Origin: Bacteroidota bacterium
Lineage (GTDB): Bacteria > Bacteroidota > Bacteroidia > Palsa-965
Direction: 5' to 3'
DNA: 64,000 bases
Assembly: GCA_020402865.1 (NCBI GenBank)
Contig: JADBYT010000019.1
Coordinates: 68,622-132,621, forward strand
Below, piece after piece: positions 28,163 through 38,399 of the stretch; position 1 is the first letter of the stretch; each line of letters opens with the position of its first letter. Both the position numbers and the translations under genes were made by a program. A model generated the notes under the pieces. The model was not told where the DNA came from. It saw only the letters and a list, made by a program, of their open reading frames with translations, and ran no database searches.

Positions 28163-28741
28163 CTAACGTTTGCCTTTACAGGGTACGTTTTCCTGAATTA
28201 AGACTAAGTCTTTGCCAGACAATGCTATACGCGCATCCTGTACAAATTTGTCCTGTTCACGCGATGTTGAAAACTCATCGAGTTTTAAACAGTAACTCTG
28301 TTCACCCTCGCGGCCCCAGCGTGTATTTTCCCATTTCACGGGCTTGCTCTGGTTTTTCAGCCAGGCTTCAAATTCCTGACGGGCTTTTTCATTTATTCCG
28401 CTTCCCTTACTGATAAATAATACGACCAGACGATAGTTTTCTGCAGCCGGTGTGGTTTGGGTTGTGCCGGTTGACGTAGAAGTGCCGGTGGTGGTACCCG
28501 TAGTTGTAGTAGTTGTAGTGGTTGTAGTGCCGCCAGCTCCGGTGCGTGCAGGGCCGTGTACAAAAAACGAGTCGTTTTCCATATCTATGCTGTCGGTATC
28601 AGGCGGAAGCGGTGTGGGCGTATTGGTGGCTACAGGCGTAGCCGGAACCGGAGGAGCGGTGCTCACTGCGGCTTTGGGTTTACATCCGTTAATGGCAACT
28701 GCAAAAAGTGCAGCAGTGGCAAAAGCGTAAAAGCGTTTCAT
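28163..28741 (-). CDS. lipoprotein with a poly-Thr/Gly low-complexity linker, function unknown
   Basis: 192 aa with lipoprotein signal MKRFYAFATAALFAVAINGCK. It has a ~40-aa T/G-rich linker encoded by a degenerate trinucleotide repeat (28450-28560) and a conserved-looking C-terminal domain. Confidence 0.6.
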   Translation of the reverse strand: MKRFYAFATAALFAVAINGCKPKAAVSTAPPVPATPVATNTPTPLPPDTDSIDMENDSFFVHGPARTGAGGTTTTTTTTTTGTTTGTSTSTGTTQTTPAAENYRLVVLFISKGSGINEKARQEFEAWLKNQSKPVKWENTRWGREGEQSYCLKLDEFSTSREQDKFVQDARIALSGKDLVLIQENVPCKGKR

Positions 28742-28838
28742 AACATGTGGTATTTACTGCAATGGTAGCAAAATCGTGCCAAACTTAGCACGATGCCCCG
28801 ATTTAAAACAGGATCTTATCTTTTAGATCTGTTTCACG

Positions 28839-31800
28839 TTAACGTATCAGCGTTACATGACCAATGTATGCGTGCTTTTGTCCGAGCACATCCACCACCT
28901 TACATTTCCACACATACACATCCTGCATGCAAATGTCGGGCTGCCCCTTCACCCGGCCGTCCCAACCCTGGTTCATATCATCCGTGAAATAAATCATATT
29001 TCCCCAGCGGTCGAAAATATACAGTTCAAATGTGGCTATCCCGATTCCGTATCCGGTAAAGAATTCATTTTCACCATCTGCATTCGGGGTAAAGGCGTTG
29101 GGGAAATAAATAATGAATTCGGGCAGCACACATACTTCCTGCACCGAAGTATCCGGACAGTTGTAGGTGTTGTTTGCAATGAGCTGTACATCATAACAGC
29201 CTGCCACTTCGCTTGGGAAAGTGAATACCGGATTCTGGTCGGTTGAACTGCCCAGCTGATCAAAGTCCCAGGTCCATGTGGTGGCACCCGTGGAGAGGTC
29301 GGTGAAATTTACCGTTGGATTAAGCACGGTGGTATTTACGGGCGAGAAACTGAAATCGGCCACGGCACTGGGATTGGCACACACATAACCGGGCATTACG
29401 GTAGTGGCCTGGCAGCCATTGTCGTCGGTGTAAGTAAGTGTGACATCGAAACATCCGGTTGCGGTGTAAATATGGGTAGGATTACAGTTTGCGGAGGTGA
29501 AGCCGTCGCCGAAATCCCAGAAGCAATTCGGGTTGTTGGCTGCGGTTGATGTGTTTGTAAATACCACCTGAAGCGGAGCGCAGCCGTTGAGCGGTGTGCC
29601 TGTAAAGCTTACGGTTGGCGGCGGATTAACCGTTACCGTAACCGTGGCGCTGGCCGTAGGTGTGGTGCAGCCGTCGTCAACAATTACGGTGTAGGTAGTA
29701 GTTACCGCCGGATTCACTGTTGCCGTAGCGGAGTTGCCACCGGTTCCGGCGGGTAGCCAGGTGTAGGTATAAGGCCCGCCGTTGCCGCCGCCGGGCACCG
29801 CAGTAAGTGTGGATGGCTGCCCCACACATACTGCAGCCGGATTGGCCGAAAGCTGTGCGCTGAGCGGAGGATATACGGTAACGGTAATGGTTACCGGAGC
29901 CGCAGCACAGCCGTTAATGTCTCGCACCACAAGTGTGTAGGTTGTGGTGGCATTGGGCGTATCGGTTACTACAGCACCACTGCCGGTTACCACCGGCGAC
30001 CAGTTGAAGGTGTAGGGGCCGCCGCTGCCGCCGCCCGGTGTGCCGGTGAGTGTGGTGGTTTGGCCAATACAAATGGTTTGCGGCGCGGCGGTAAGCAGTG
30101 CCGTTACCTGAGGAGGCTCATTCACCTGCACGTTCTGTGTATCGGTGCAGCCGTTTGCATCAGTAACCAGCAGGGTGTAGGTGCCTCCGCACAAGGCATT
30201 GAGTGCATGTGTGTTCTGGTTTGTAGCCGTACCTATCACTACGTTATTTGCATCGGTCCACGAAAAATCGTAAGGCGCCGTGCCGCCTGCGGGTGTGGCA
30301 GTGGCCGACGCATCGCAAATGCCAAAGCATGAGGCATCAGTGGTGACGAAAGCCACGTTTATGTTGCCGTTGTTGCCGGCCACCGGAATATTCACGTTGG
30401 CTACACAACCGTTGGCATCGGTAACCTGACAGCTGTATGATCCCGCAGCGAGGTTGTTGGCGGTGTTGGCGCCATTAAGATTGTTGGCCGTTTGAATGGT
30501 TACGTTGGCGGCATCTGTCCAGATAAAATCATACGGCCCGGTTCCGCCCTGTGGTGTTACCGTGGCCGTGCCGTCGTTCTGGTTGCAGGATGCGGAAGTG
30601 GAGCCAACCAGCAGTTGCAGCGCGGTGGGCTGTGTTACGGTAATGGATTGGGTGGTAACGCAGCCGTCGTTGTTATCGGTAACCTGAACAGTATAAACGC
30701 CTGCGGGCAGGGTGTTGAGTGTGCTCGGGCCGGGTATGCCGTTTTGAGTAAGCAGTACGGTATTGCCGGCATCGGTCCACACATAATCAAAAGGCCCCAC
30801 TCCCTGCGCGGTGGCAGTAACGGAACCGTTGCTGTTTCCGTAGCAGTCAACCGCCGTCATTTGCATGAGTGGCTGCATACAGCACGAAAGCGAGGCATTA
30901 AACTGATACACCGGATCGCCTACGCAGGCTATGTTGGTCCAGTTGCCTGTTTCGCCGTCGCCGAAGGTGTTAATGATAATGCCCAGGTCGTCGCCGGTGT
31001 TTCCGGGCGGACAGTCTTTGGCGGTGATTGTCCAGCAGAATTGCCAGTTTACCTGTCCGTCACAGTTGTCGCCAAAGTTATCTGCCGGATTGCCGTTGGG
31101 GCCTCCCTGTACCACATCGCCGTCGAAGAAAAAGCCGCTCATAATGCCGTTTCCGTTGGGCGTGTTTACGTTGTTGAACCATTGCCACACGCCGGGGCCG
31201 TTGTCGCAGGTGTTGGCGGGCTGCAGGTTGGTAAGGGTGCTCAGATCCCAGCCGTTTCCAAAAGTGGGAATAACGGCATGCAGCCAGTTGGTGTTTTGCT
31301 GATCCCACTGTGTAATGGTATAGCAAAACGTTACCGTAGTGCCACCCTGATAGGTTCCGTTTACCGGTGCGGGGTTTACAGTAAGGTTGGAGGCCAGCAA
31401 ACAATCGTCGCAGCTGTTGTTGTTTTGCAGGGTCATGGTAAACGTACCCTGATCGGCGGGAGTGCCGCCACTGATCTGGATGTAGTAAGTATTGCCCGGC
31501 ACCATCTGATCAAAGCTGGCCGAAAGTGTGCCGCCCGAACCAATGGCACAGCCGCGCCCCACAAGTCCGGCACAGTTGCCCTGATACACGGCCACGTTAG
31601 GCGTGCTTATGTTTCCGTTTATGTTGATGATAAGTTCATTGCCTGTAACCGTAACCGCATACCACACATCGGTGGCGGGTGAAGCCATGGGCGTGTTGTT
31701 TGTGGGCTGGCAGTTTATGAGTGTGGTGTAAGGCTGTTCGGTAACTGAGTTTACGTTGGTGAGGTTGTTCACCGTCATTACCGCGCCCAGGCCGCTGGGG

Positions 31801-31919
31801 CAGGGCGCCGGCGTGCCAAGTGAGCCCAGGTTCTGTGCGCCAAAACAGTCGTCGTTGGCTACCTGTGCATGCAAAAATGCGGTCTGAATAAGAACCAGAA
31901 GTGTAAGCAGTTTCTTCAT
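28839..31919 (-). CDS. SprB-repeat adhesin-like surface protein with a T9SS type B C-terminal sorting domain
   Basis: 1026 aa with signal peptide MKKLLTLLVLIQTAFLHAQ. It carries many C.G..NG...T..A.GG.GPY.Y.W SprB-type repeats. The C-terminus (FPNAFTPNADGENEFF...FDRWGNMIYF...GWDGRVKG...YVWKCKV) is a type B CTD. Confidence 0.85.
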   Translation of the reverse strand: MKKLLTLLVLIQTAFLHAQVANDDCFGAQNLGSLGTPAPCPSGLGAVMTVNNLTNVNSVTEQPYTTLINCQPTNNTPMASPATDVWYAVTVTGNELIININGNISTPNVAVYQGNCAGLVGRGCAIGSGGTLSASFDQMVPGNTYYIQISGGTPADQGTFTMTLQNNNSCDDCLLASNLTVNPAPVNGTYQGGTTVTFCYTITQWDQQNTNWLHAVIPTFGNGWDLSTLTNLQPANTCDNGPGVWQWFNNVNTPNGNGIMSGFFFDGDVVQGGPNGNPADNFGDNCDGQVNWQFCWTITAKDCPPGNTGDDLGIIINTFGDGETGNWTNIACVGDPVYQFNASLSCCMQPLMQMTAVDCYGNSNGSVTATAQGVGPFDYVWTDAGNTVLLTQNGIPGPSTLNTLPAGVYTVQVTDNNDGCVTTQSITVTQPTALQLLVGSTSASCNQNDGTATVTPQGGTGPYDFIWTDAANVTIQTANNLNGANTANNLAAGSYSCQVTDANGCVANVNIPVAGNNGNINVAFVTTDASCFGICDASATATPAGGTAPYDFSWTDANNVVIGTATNQNTHALNALCGGTYTLLVTDANGCTDTQNVQVNEPPQVTALLTAAPQTICIGQTTTLTGTPGGGSGGPYTFNWSPVVTGSGAVVTDTPNATTTYTLVVRDINGCAAAPVTITVTVYPPLSAQLSANPAAVCVGQPSTLTAVPGGGNGGPYTYTWLPAGTGGNSATATVNPAVTTTYTVIVDDGCTTPTASATVTVTVNPPPTVSFTGTPLNGCAPLQVVFTNTSTAANNPNCFWDFGDGFTSANCNPTHIYTATGCFDVTLTYTDDNGCQATTVMPGYVCANPSAVADFSFSPVNTTVLNPTVNFTDLSTGATTWTWDFDQLGSSTDQNPVFTFPSEVAGCYDVQLIANNTYNCPDTSVQEVCVLPEFIIYFPNAFTPNADGENEFFTGYGIGIATFELYIFDRWGNMIYFTDDMNQGWDGRVKGQPDICMQDVYVWKCKVVDVLGQKHAYIGHVTLIR

Positions 31920-32308
31920 TTCACTTTGGTTTTAGTCATTACTTCCACAAGCACGCCGTCGGCAGTAAGTTTAAAAACCGATCCGGTATCAAACCCCGGC
32001 TTGGCCGTGCGCACCCGTTCCATACGCACCGGCATGCCCAGCGCAGTCATTTCGTTGGCCGACAGCAATTCCACCTTCAGTCCGCCCTCAAACAAAAGTG
32101 TATTCCGCTCATCCATGTAGCGGTAGCGGTCCATGTCGGCCACTTCCAGCGCCTTGGTGTAAGGCGTAAGATCTGTCACCACTTCCGGATTCAGGAAACG
32201 ATAGCTGCCCGCTGGCGTGGAAAACGATAAAAGCACGATGCTGAATGCGCTGATCAGCATACTGAACAGCACCGCCACATAACGTGTGGAAAATGAGCGT
32301 GTGAACAT
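31916..32308 (-). CDS. hypothetical membrane-anchored protein
   Basis: 130-aa ORF with an N-terminal TM helix. Its stop overlaps the start of the type-B adhesin gene (ATGA), suggesting co-transcription. Confidence 0.5.
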   Translation of the reverse strand: MFTRSFSTRYVAVLFSMLISAFSIVLLSFSTPAGSYRFLNPEVVTDLTPYTKALEVADMDRYRYMDERNTLLFEGGLKVELLSANEMTALGMPVRMERVRTAKPGFDTGSVFKLTADGVLVEVMTKTKVK

Positions 32309-32648
32309 CAGGGGACTGGTATTTTGGTTGATGCAAGTACAGATTAGTTATGCAGATAAACACTCCCGGTAGTTTTCGAATTATCAGATTGATTTAGGTG
32401 ATTGATAATGAATTTATTGTGCAGGAGCTTTGGGCTTGGCTGACGTAGAATTCCCTACGCGTTTTCTTGATGAAGTTTACACATCGGGTTTTTACCCGAT
32501 CGTTTACCGCGGAAACACAGTTGTTTTTACTGGCTTTGCTAAACGGGTAAGACCGAAAAAAATACGTTCGGCATCAGCCGGCAGTAAACGCGAACAGTCT
32601 GAACGCTTGAAAGAGAATTGCGTTCTGTGATGCCGCTCTGCCAGAAAA

Positions 32649-33428
32649 TCAGTTCGGGTTTTTGGAGGAGGTTTGAGGCTGTTTGCGCACAATCACCAGC
32701 CAGTTGCTTTGCCGGTTTGTTTGTGAACACATTAAGCCGATGCGCGCACACTTTCCCTGGCTGTTTCTTATCCAGCCTTCGTCCCAGCCGCCCATGTCGA
32801 GATAAAGCGCATCAACCGCCCCAAGCATCAGCAGATCATCGGCAAATTGCTGTAGTGTAACAGCGCCTGCGCTTTCCACCACAGCCGCCGGTTTACTGGC
32901 AAATGTGACCAGCGCACGGCGTTGAAACAAGGACATGTCTTTGCCATAACGCAACGCCTGTGCATTGCGTACGAGCTGAAGCTGCTGGAAATAAGCCGCT
33001 TTTTTAGCTGTGATGTTGGTGTCAATCCAGCCTTGCGAAAGCAAACTACCATCACGTGTGCCTTCAATTACCACACCCGAACCGGGCAGCAGCAAACAGC
33101 CTCCGCCCAGTCGCTTATTTACATGGCCTTGTACATTTCCGTTTACAGCATAAAGTCCGTCAATGCCGCCATTGTCCTGCCTTGTAAACGCTGCGGCCAC
33201 ACACAACAGCACGGAGGTATCTTTCATTGCCGGGCGTGAAACTGTAAAATCGAAAGAATAGTTTTGTGGGAGCGTATATTGAAAATAGCTTCGTTCGGCA
33301 ACCTTTAATGTATCGGTAAGAATGTATCCGGCGTTTGCTTTTTGTGGCTTTGCAGCGGCAGTTTGTGGCTTACATTGATAAAACAAAAGTGCAAAGCAGG
33401 TTGAAAAAAGCAAGGCGGCAGTTCTCAT
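32649..33428 (-). CDS. phosphodiester glycosidase (NAGPA-like) family protein
   Basis: 259 aa with a signal peptide. The C-terminal block LQQFADDLLMLGAVDALYLDMGGWDEGW resembles the ...LNLDGGGS motif of the PF09992 family. Confidence 0.5.
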   Translation of the reverse strand: MRTAALLFSTCFALLFYQCKPQTAAAKPQKANAGYILTDTLKVAERSYFQYTLPQNYSFDFTVSRPAMKDTSVLLCVAAAFTRQDNGGIDGLYAVNGNVQGHVNKRLGGGCLLLPGSGVVIEGTRDGSLLSQGWIDTNITAKKAAYFQQLQLVRNAQALRYGKDMSLFQRRALVTFASKPAAVVESAGAVTLQQFADDLLMLGAVDALYLDMGGWDEGWIRNSQGKCARIGLMCSQTNRQSNWLVIVRKQPQTSSKNPN

Positions 33429-34606
33429 TTTTTCGAATTTACGGCAGCTTCAAATACCGCGTTCAGTTTACGGATACTGCCTTCCCAGCTAAATTGCTGC
33501 TTCACAAATTCATAACCGGCCTGTGCAAGTACATTGGCTTTATCGGTATGATCAAGCAGGGTAAGAATTGCTTCGGCAAATGCTTCGGGTGTATCGGCTA
33601 CAATAATCTGGTGCCCGGCTTCGGCTTTGAGCGCATTGTTGGAGAGCGTAGTAGTAAGGCAGGGCATACGCATGGCCATTGCTTCAAGCAATTTGTTTTG
33701 CAGGCCAATGCTCGACTGCATGGGTGCTACCAGCATACGGCTTTGCGCAAAACCTGTTCGCACATCATCAACCCAGCCGGTTACAGTTACATGTGTACTT
33801 TTCAACGCCAGCACCGCAGCAGAAGGAGTGGCGCCTGAAATAAGCACATTTACACCGGGCCTGCGGGCATGCACGAGCGGAAGAATTTTCTGTACCAGAT
33901 ACTGTGCGCTTTCCACATTGGGCGGATAGCTCATGTTGCCGTTAAAAAGTATGTCGTACGTTTTGGGTACTTCCATCGGGTGAAAAAAATTCATATCCAC
34001 CCCGTTCTGTATCACTTCAATCCGCTGCTGATCCGCTACGGGTAACAAATGCCTGTCCTGATCGGAAATAATAAGATGGCCGTCAAAATCAGTAAAAACG
34101 TCGCGTTCGTAGTTCAGCAAACGCATCCATTCCATCTTAAAAATCCAGCGTTTCCACGGCGCTACTTTTTCCATCCGCCGCTCGGTACCTTTGGAAAATA
34201 CATCCATATAATCCAATACTTTCGGCACACGTTTATGTTTGCGTGCATACTCGCTGGTACGAATAAGCTGGCAGTAAATCAGATCAGGTTTGTAGAATGT
34301 AATGAAACTGTCCACTAATTTTTGCGCTTTCCGGTGCCAGAAATATCCCACCTGAAAAGGTAGTTTTCCGAAAAGTGTGCGCACAAGATTTAAGCCCAGC
34401 GTGAGTTTCGAATAATGGATGTAATGAATGTGTTTGCAGAATTTACGTAGTTCGGCATCGGCATCGGGGTGCAGTTTGCCGTCGTTCAGTGCGCAAAGAA
34501 TAATTTCATGTTCCTGTGCCAGTAAGCGTAGCTGATGATACATACGCAGTTTGTCGCCCTTTTCGAGCGGCCACGGAATGCGCGATGTAATGACAAACAG
34601 TTTCAT
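33425..34606 (-). CDS. glycosyltransferase family 4
   Basis: 393 aa with a GT-B C-terminal signature (VLISGATP...TGWVDDV...LQNKLLEAMAMRMPCLTT). It overlaps its neighbours by 4 nt. Confidence 0.8.
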   Translation of the reverse strand: MKLFVITSRIPWPLEKGDKLRMYHQLRLLAQEHEIILCALNDGKLHPDADAELRKFCKHIHYIHYSKLTLGLNLVRTLFGKLPFQVGYFWHRKAQKLVDSFITFYKPDLIYCQLIRTSEYARKHKRVPKVLDYMDVFSKGTERRMEKVAPWKRWIFKMEWMRLLNYERDVFTDFDGHLIISDQDRHLLPVADQQRIEVIQNGVDMNFFHPMEVPKTYDILFNGNMSYPPNVESAQYLVQKILPLVHARRPGVNVLISGATPSAAVLALKSTHVTVTGWVDDVRTGFAQSRMLVAPMQSSIGLQNKLLEAMAMRMPCLTTTLSNNALKAEAGHQIIVADTPEAFAEAILTLLDHTDKANVLAQAGYEFVKQQFSWEGSIRKLNAVFEAAVNSKK

Positions 34607-35808
34607 CAGTGCCGGGTAATGCGGGTGTAAAAATCACATAATTTTTCGGTTGCGCGATGCCTGTTGAGCGTTTCGGCAGCCAGATTACGTGCATTTTCGC
34701 CAAGTTTTCCGGCAGTTTCGGGGTGTTCAAACAGGCGGATTACGGCATGTGCAAAGGCCCGTGCATCGTCGGCCAGCAGTACGTGCTCGTGTTCGTGTAC
34801 CGGAATGCCTTCGGCGCCGGTAGTTGTGCTTACTACGGCAGCGCCCAGCGCCAGTGCTTCGGCCAGTTTAATGCGTACACCGCTGCCACTGCGGGCAGGC
34901 ACAGCCACTACAGCAGCCTGCTGAATAAACCGGTGTGCATTTTCCACCTCGCCAAGTACCACAATGCCGGGTCCGCTCCATTGCAAATCGTCTTCGCGCA
35001 GGTGCCTGCCGGCCAGCAGCAGCCGCGCTTCAGGATTTATTTCATAAATCAGCGGCCACACTTCGCGGCAAAGCCAGCGCACACCCTCGGCTGTGGGCGC
35101 CCAGTCCATAGCGCCGATGTGCGCAAGCGTAAAGGGCTGTTTTTTTATGGACGTGTCGGGCGCGGGCAGATTGAGTGCAAAAGGAATGTATTCAACCGGT
35201 ATGCGCTCGTGCAGCAGGCGGCTAAGCAGTTGTGCATCAGTTTGGGCAATGGCCGCAAGGCCGTCGGCCTGAGCCAGATAATGCTGCTCGGCTTTTTTCA
35301 GCTGTGCAGCAATACGATTAAATATAAGCCGTTTCAGCCACGACCGGTTTTCGGCGGCCTGCCGCTGCCAGAGCTGATGTTCGGCGTTGTGTGTGCGCAC
35401 CACTACCGGCACTTTGCTGTGCTGCCTGATGGTGGCGATGTACGGCGTCATGTACAAACTTTCAAGATGGATCACATCAAACTCATCCTTCGCAAGCAGC
35501 GCGGTAAGTTTGGTATGAAAAGCCGGCACATCAAAACGACTGAGGTTGTATGAACTGCGCCCCGCTAAGCTGAGCAGCAGCGAAAACGGCTTCACCCGCG
35601 TATCTGCAAAAACAGCTTCAATAGCGGTGGCTTCGCGAAAAGCCGGCGGAATGGCATCGGGCTGAAACGGATGCTTATGGGTATGCAATGTAAGAATCTT
35701 CACCTGGTGGCCGGCTTCCAGCAGCCCTTCCGTAATGCTTTGCATAGCTACACAGCCGCCGTCAACAGCAGGCAGCGGTGGTTTAAGGCAAAGTTGAAGG
35801 ATGCGCAT
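34606..35808 (-). CDS. glycosyltransferase family 4
   Basis: 400 aa with N-terminal MRILQLCLKPPLPAVDGGCV and C-terminal EGIPVHEHEH/GT-B pattern. It sits in an operon with the adjacent GT4 gene. Confidence 0.8.
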   Translation of the reverse strand: MRILQLCLKPPLPAVDGGCVAMQSITEGLLEAGHQVKILTLHTHKHPFQPDAIPPAFREATAIEAVFADTRVKPFSLLLSLAGRSSYNLSRFDVPAFHTKLTALLAKDEFDVIHLESLYMTPYIATIRQHSKVPVVVRTHNAEHQLWQRQAAENRSWLKRLIFNRIAAQLKKAEQHYLAQADGLAAIAQTDAQLLSRLLHERIPVEYIPFALNLPAPDTSIKKQPFTLAHIGAMDWAPTAEGVRWLCREVWPLIYEINPEARLLLAGRHLREDDLQWSGPGIVVLGEVENAHRFIQQAAVVAVPARSGSGVRIKLAEALALGAAVVSTTTGAEGIPVHEHEHVLLADDARAFAHAVIRLFEHPETAGKLGENARNLAAETLNRHRATEKLCDFYTRITRH

Positions 35809-35835
35809 GAGTGGAGTGGCTTTGCAAAAAGCGGC

Positions 35836-37332
35836 TTAGTTTTCGTCGGTTCCGTCGTCCTGCGTAAACGGATTGGCCGGTCTCGCTTCAGTCTGCAGTG
35901 TTTTTTTACGGCGCGGAATAAGTTTGCCAATACGGCTGAACAGCTTCTGGTAGTTTTCGCTTTCAAACAGCGGTGAATCGGCAGTCGCCTTGCGCGTAAG
36001 CCAGATTCCCAAAGGCATAAATACCGCACAGCCCAGCCACATACCCCACTGCGGAGGAACAGTGCCTTCCTTAGAAAGCTTTTCGCCCGTAATACTCAGC
36101 ACCCAGAACAAAATAAAACAACCCACCGAAATCACCACTGGCATGCCCAGTCCGCCCTTGCGGATAATGGCGCCAAGCGGTGCACCAATAAAAAACATAA
36201 TCAGGCAGGCCACAGACAGGGTAAACTTGCGCCAGAATTCAATCCTGAAACGGGTAATTGAATTGTGCTCTCCCTCAAGTTCATTTATTTTCGATTCGCA
36301 GGCACTTTTGCTGTTGCGCGCCGTGTTTAATGCTACTTCAAAAACCTTTTGCCGTTCCTGCCGCGTAAACTCATTCAGGAAATTTCCCTGTGCCGGTATG
36401 GTCTTTAAACTATCGTTCAGCTTGAAATATTTTTTGGTGCGGCTCATGTAGCCGTTACTCAGGTTGTTGTAAAACTTTACCCGGTCTTCATTCATCTCCA
36501 TTTTCATCGTGTCAATATAGGAGAGAAGTTGCTGGCCGTTCAGCATCTGATGATTGTCTTTAAAAAGATCTTCATCCGTTTTCTGCATCTCAAACCCCGA
36601 TAAATCAAGCCGGGCCTGCTGCGTTTTGAAGTGCATGCGCATAAACGGTTTCCGCGTGGCTGCATTTTGCTGGTTCCATACATCGCGGTAAGTGTTGCCG
36701 TTGTAAAGCTCAATCATCAGATAACGCTGGTCGGGACTCATAAACATTTTGCCCGTTTCGGCCATAGTGAGTTGTGTATTGCCCATCTGATCCGTATGGT
36801 CATACACCATCACATTGCGCAGCGTTTGTCCGTCTTTGCCAATTTTACTGATGCGCAGGCTGTAGCCGTCAATATCATCATAAAACACACCTTCCTTTAT
36901 GTTCATGGCCGGTTTCTGATGCCGGATGTCGAACAGGGTCGAAAGCATTTTCAGATTGGTATAGGGCAGGAGGTAGTTGGAAAAAAGAAAGGCTCCCATT
37001 GCAATGCCAACTGTACACACAATGAGCGGCCGCGATAAACGGAAAAGCGAAATGCCTGAAGCCTTCAGCGCCGCCAGTTCATAGTTTTCGGCCAGGTTAC
37101 CAAACATCATGAGCGACGAAAGTAATACGGCCATAGGCAACGCAAGCGGCACGGTTGAGAGTGCTGCATAACAAAATAGCTCAATCACCACATCCGTGTC
37201 AAGGCCCTTGCCCACCAGCTCATCTACCCATTTCCACAAAAACTGCATAAACAGCACAAACACCGAGATGACAAACGTCATCAGAAACGGCGGCAGGTAC
37301 GACCTTAAAATGAAGCGATGCAGTGTTTTCAC
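35836..37332 (-). CDS. LptF/LptG family permease (YjgP/YjgQ)
   Basis: 498 aa with N-terminal MKTLHRFILRSYLPPFLMTFVISVFVLFMQFLWKWVDEL, typical of the family. It has multiple TM segments and a large periplasmic loop. Confidence 0.8.
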   Translation of the reverse strand: MKTLHRFILRSYLPPFLMTFVISVFVLFMQFLWKWVDELVGKGLDTDVVIELFCYAALSTVPLALPMAVLLSSLMMFGNLAENYELAALKASGISLFRLSRPLIVCTVGIAMGAFLFSNYLLPYTNLKMLSTLFDIRHQKPAMNIKEGVFYDDIDGYSLRISKIGKDGQTLRNVMVYDHTDQMGNTQLTMAETGKMFMSPDQRYLMIELYNGNTYRDVWNQQNAATRKPFMRMHFKTQQARLDLSGFEMQKTDEDLFKDNHQMLNGQQLLSYIDTMKMEMNEDRVKFYNNLSNGYMSRTKKYFKLNDSLKTIPAQGNFLNEFTRQERQKVFEVALNTARNSKSACESKINELEGEHNSITRFRIEFWRKFTLSVACLIMFFIGAPLGAIIRKGGLGMPVVISVGCFILFWVLSITGEKLSKEGTVPPQWGMWLGCAVFMPLGIWLTRKATADSPLFESENYQKLFSRIGKLIPRRKKTLQTEARPANPFTQDDGTDEN

Positions 37333-37421
37333 AACTGCGGTAAAGATAACTATTTCAACCGAGCCGCTTTTTTACCTCTTTATCCCCGTAAATGCTATTT
37401 TATGTGAAAATGATATTGCTT

Positions 37422-37766
37422 CTAAAACCCCAATACGTCCACCACGCCCCAAAGGAAAACTATAATTCCTCCCAACGTCATGCCATACATCACAAAATCA
37501 ATCGACTTATCGTTGTACACAAAAGCCAGCGTAATTACAAAACCCAACAGCAACATTACAGCCCCGGCAAGCATGAGCTTAACACCTCTGCGCCGGCGAA
37601 TGGCATAACGCTCCTTTCTGATCAGATCAACAAGACAGGTGGTAATTGATTCACTCACCCCTTTTTTGTGCAGGTAAGCAAGAATCGCATCATTGCTTTC
37701 GCCCCGCTCTAAGAGCGTAAGCACTTCAGGCCAGTACTCGTCTGCTAATTCCTTCTCGGTCATCAT
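37422..37766 (-). CDS. small hypothetical membrane protein
   Basis: 114-aa ORF with two predicted TM helices in its C-terminal half. Confidence 0.45.
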   Translation of the reverse strand: MMTEKELADEYWPEVLTLLERGESNDAILAYLHKKGVSESITTCLVDLIRKERYAIRRRRGVKLMLAGAVMLLLGFVITLAFVYNDKSIDFVMYGMTLGGIIVFLWGVVDVLGF

Positions 37767-37897
37767 GTGCAGGTTTTGACCAAAAAGAATAAAAAATACG
37801 GTTCAGCACTATGATCTGAATCAGGTTATTGTGCGCATAAAAAGCATATCATCAAGGTATATGTCCTGATAATTTCAGAAAAAATAAGAAAAGCCGG

Positions 37898-38353
37898 TTA
37901 TTGAAGCTTCCGAAGAATCTCCCTCAACTGTGTGATTTCCTGATCAGACAATGTTTTGAGATGCTTTTCAAAATCACAATAGGCCTTAGCCGACTGGCTG
38001 AGAATTGTTTTCCCCTCGTCAGAAATGGTCACATCCACATTCCGGCGGTCATCCAGGTTAATTTCGCGACTCACAAGACCCTTCGTGCGCATCTTTTCCA
38101 CAATGCGAGATACATCCGACATTTTATCGGGCATCTGCGAGCGTATCTGCTTTATGGATACGGGTGTGGGATGTGCATCGTTCAGAATCTTCAGAATTGC
38201 AAATTGCTGAGAAGTAATCTGGTAAGGTTTGAGGGCGTTGTTTAAAGTGTAAATCAGTTTACTACCAATGCTTACAATTTGTTCAGCGGCCTGCCCGTAT
38301 AAATTTACGGGACTTGTTTGGTGGATAGAATTCATAAAATGTAACTGGGACAT
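37898..38353 (-). CDS. MarR family transcriptional regulator
   Basis: 151 aa with a winged-helix block SQQFAILKILNDAHPTPVSIKQI...LVSREINLDDRRNVDVTISDEGK. Confidence 0.85.
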   Translation of the reverse strand: MSQLHFMNSIHQTSPVNLYGQAAEQIVSIGSKLIYTLNNALKPYQITSQQFAILKILNDAHPTPVSIKQIRSQMPDKMSDVSRIVEKMRTKGLVSREINLDDRRNVDVTISDEGKTILSQSAKAYCDFEKHLKTLSDQEITQLREILRKLQ

Positions 38354-38399
38354 ACAAATATATGTCCCAGTTACCAGATATAGAAAAAAACTGAATGTT

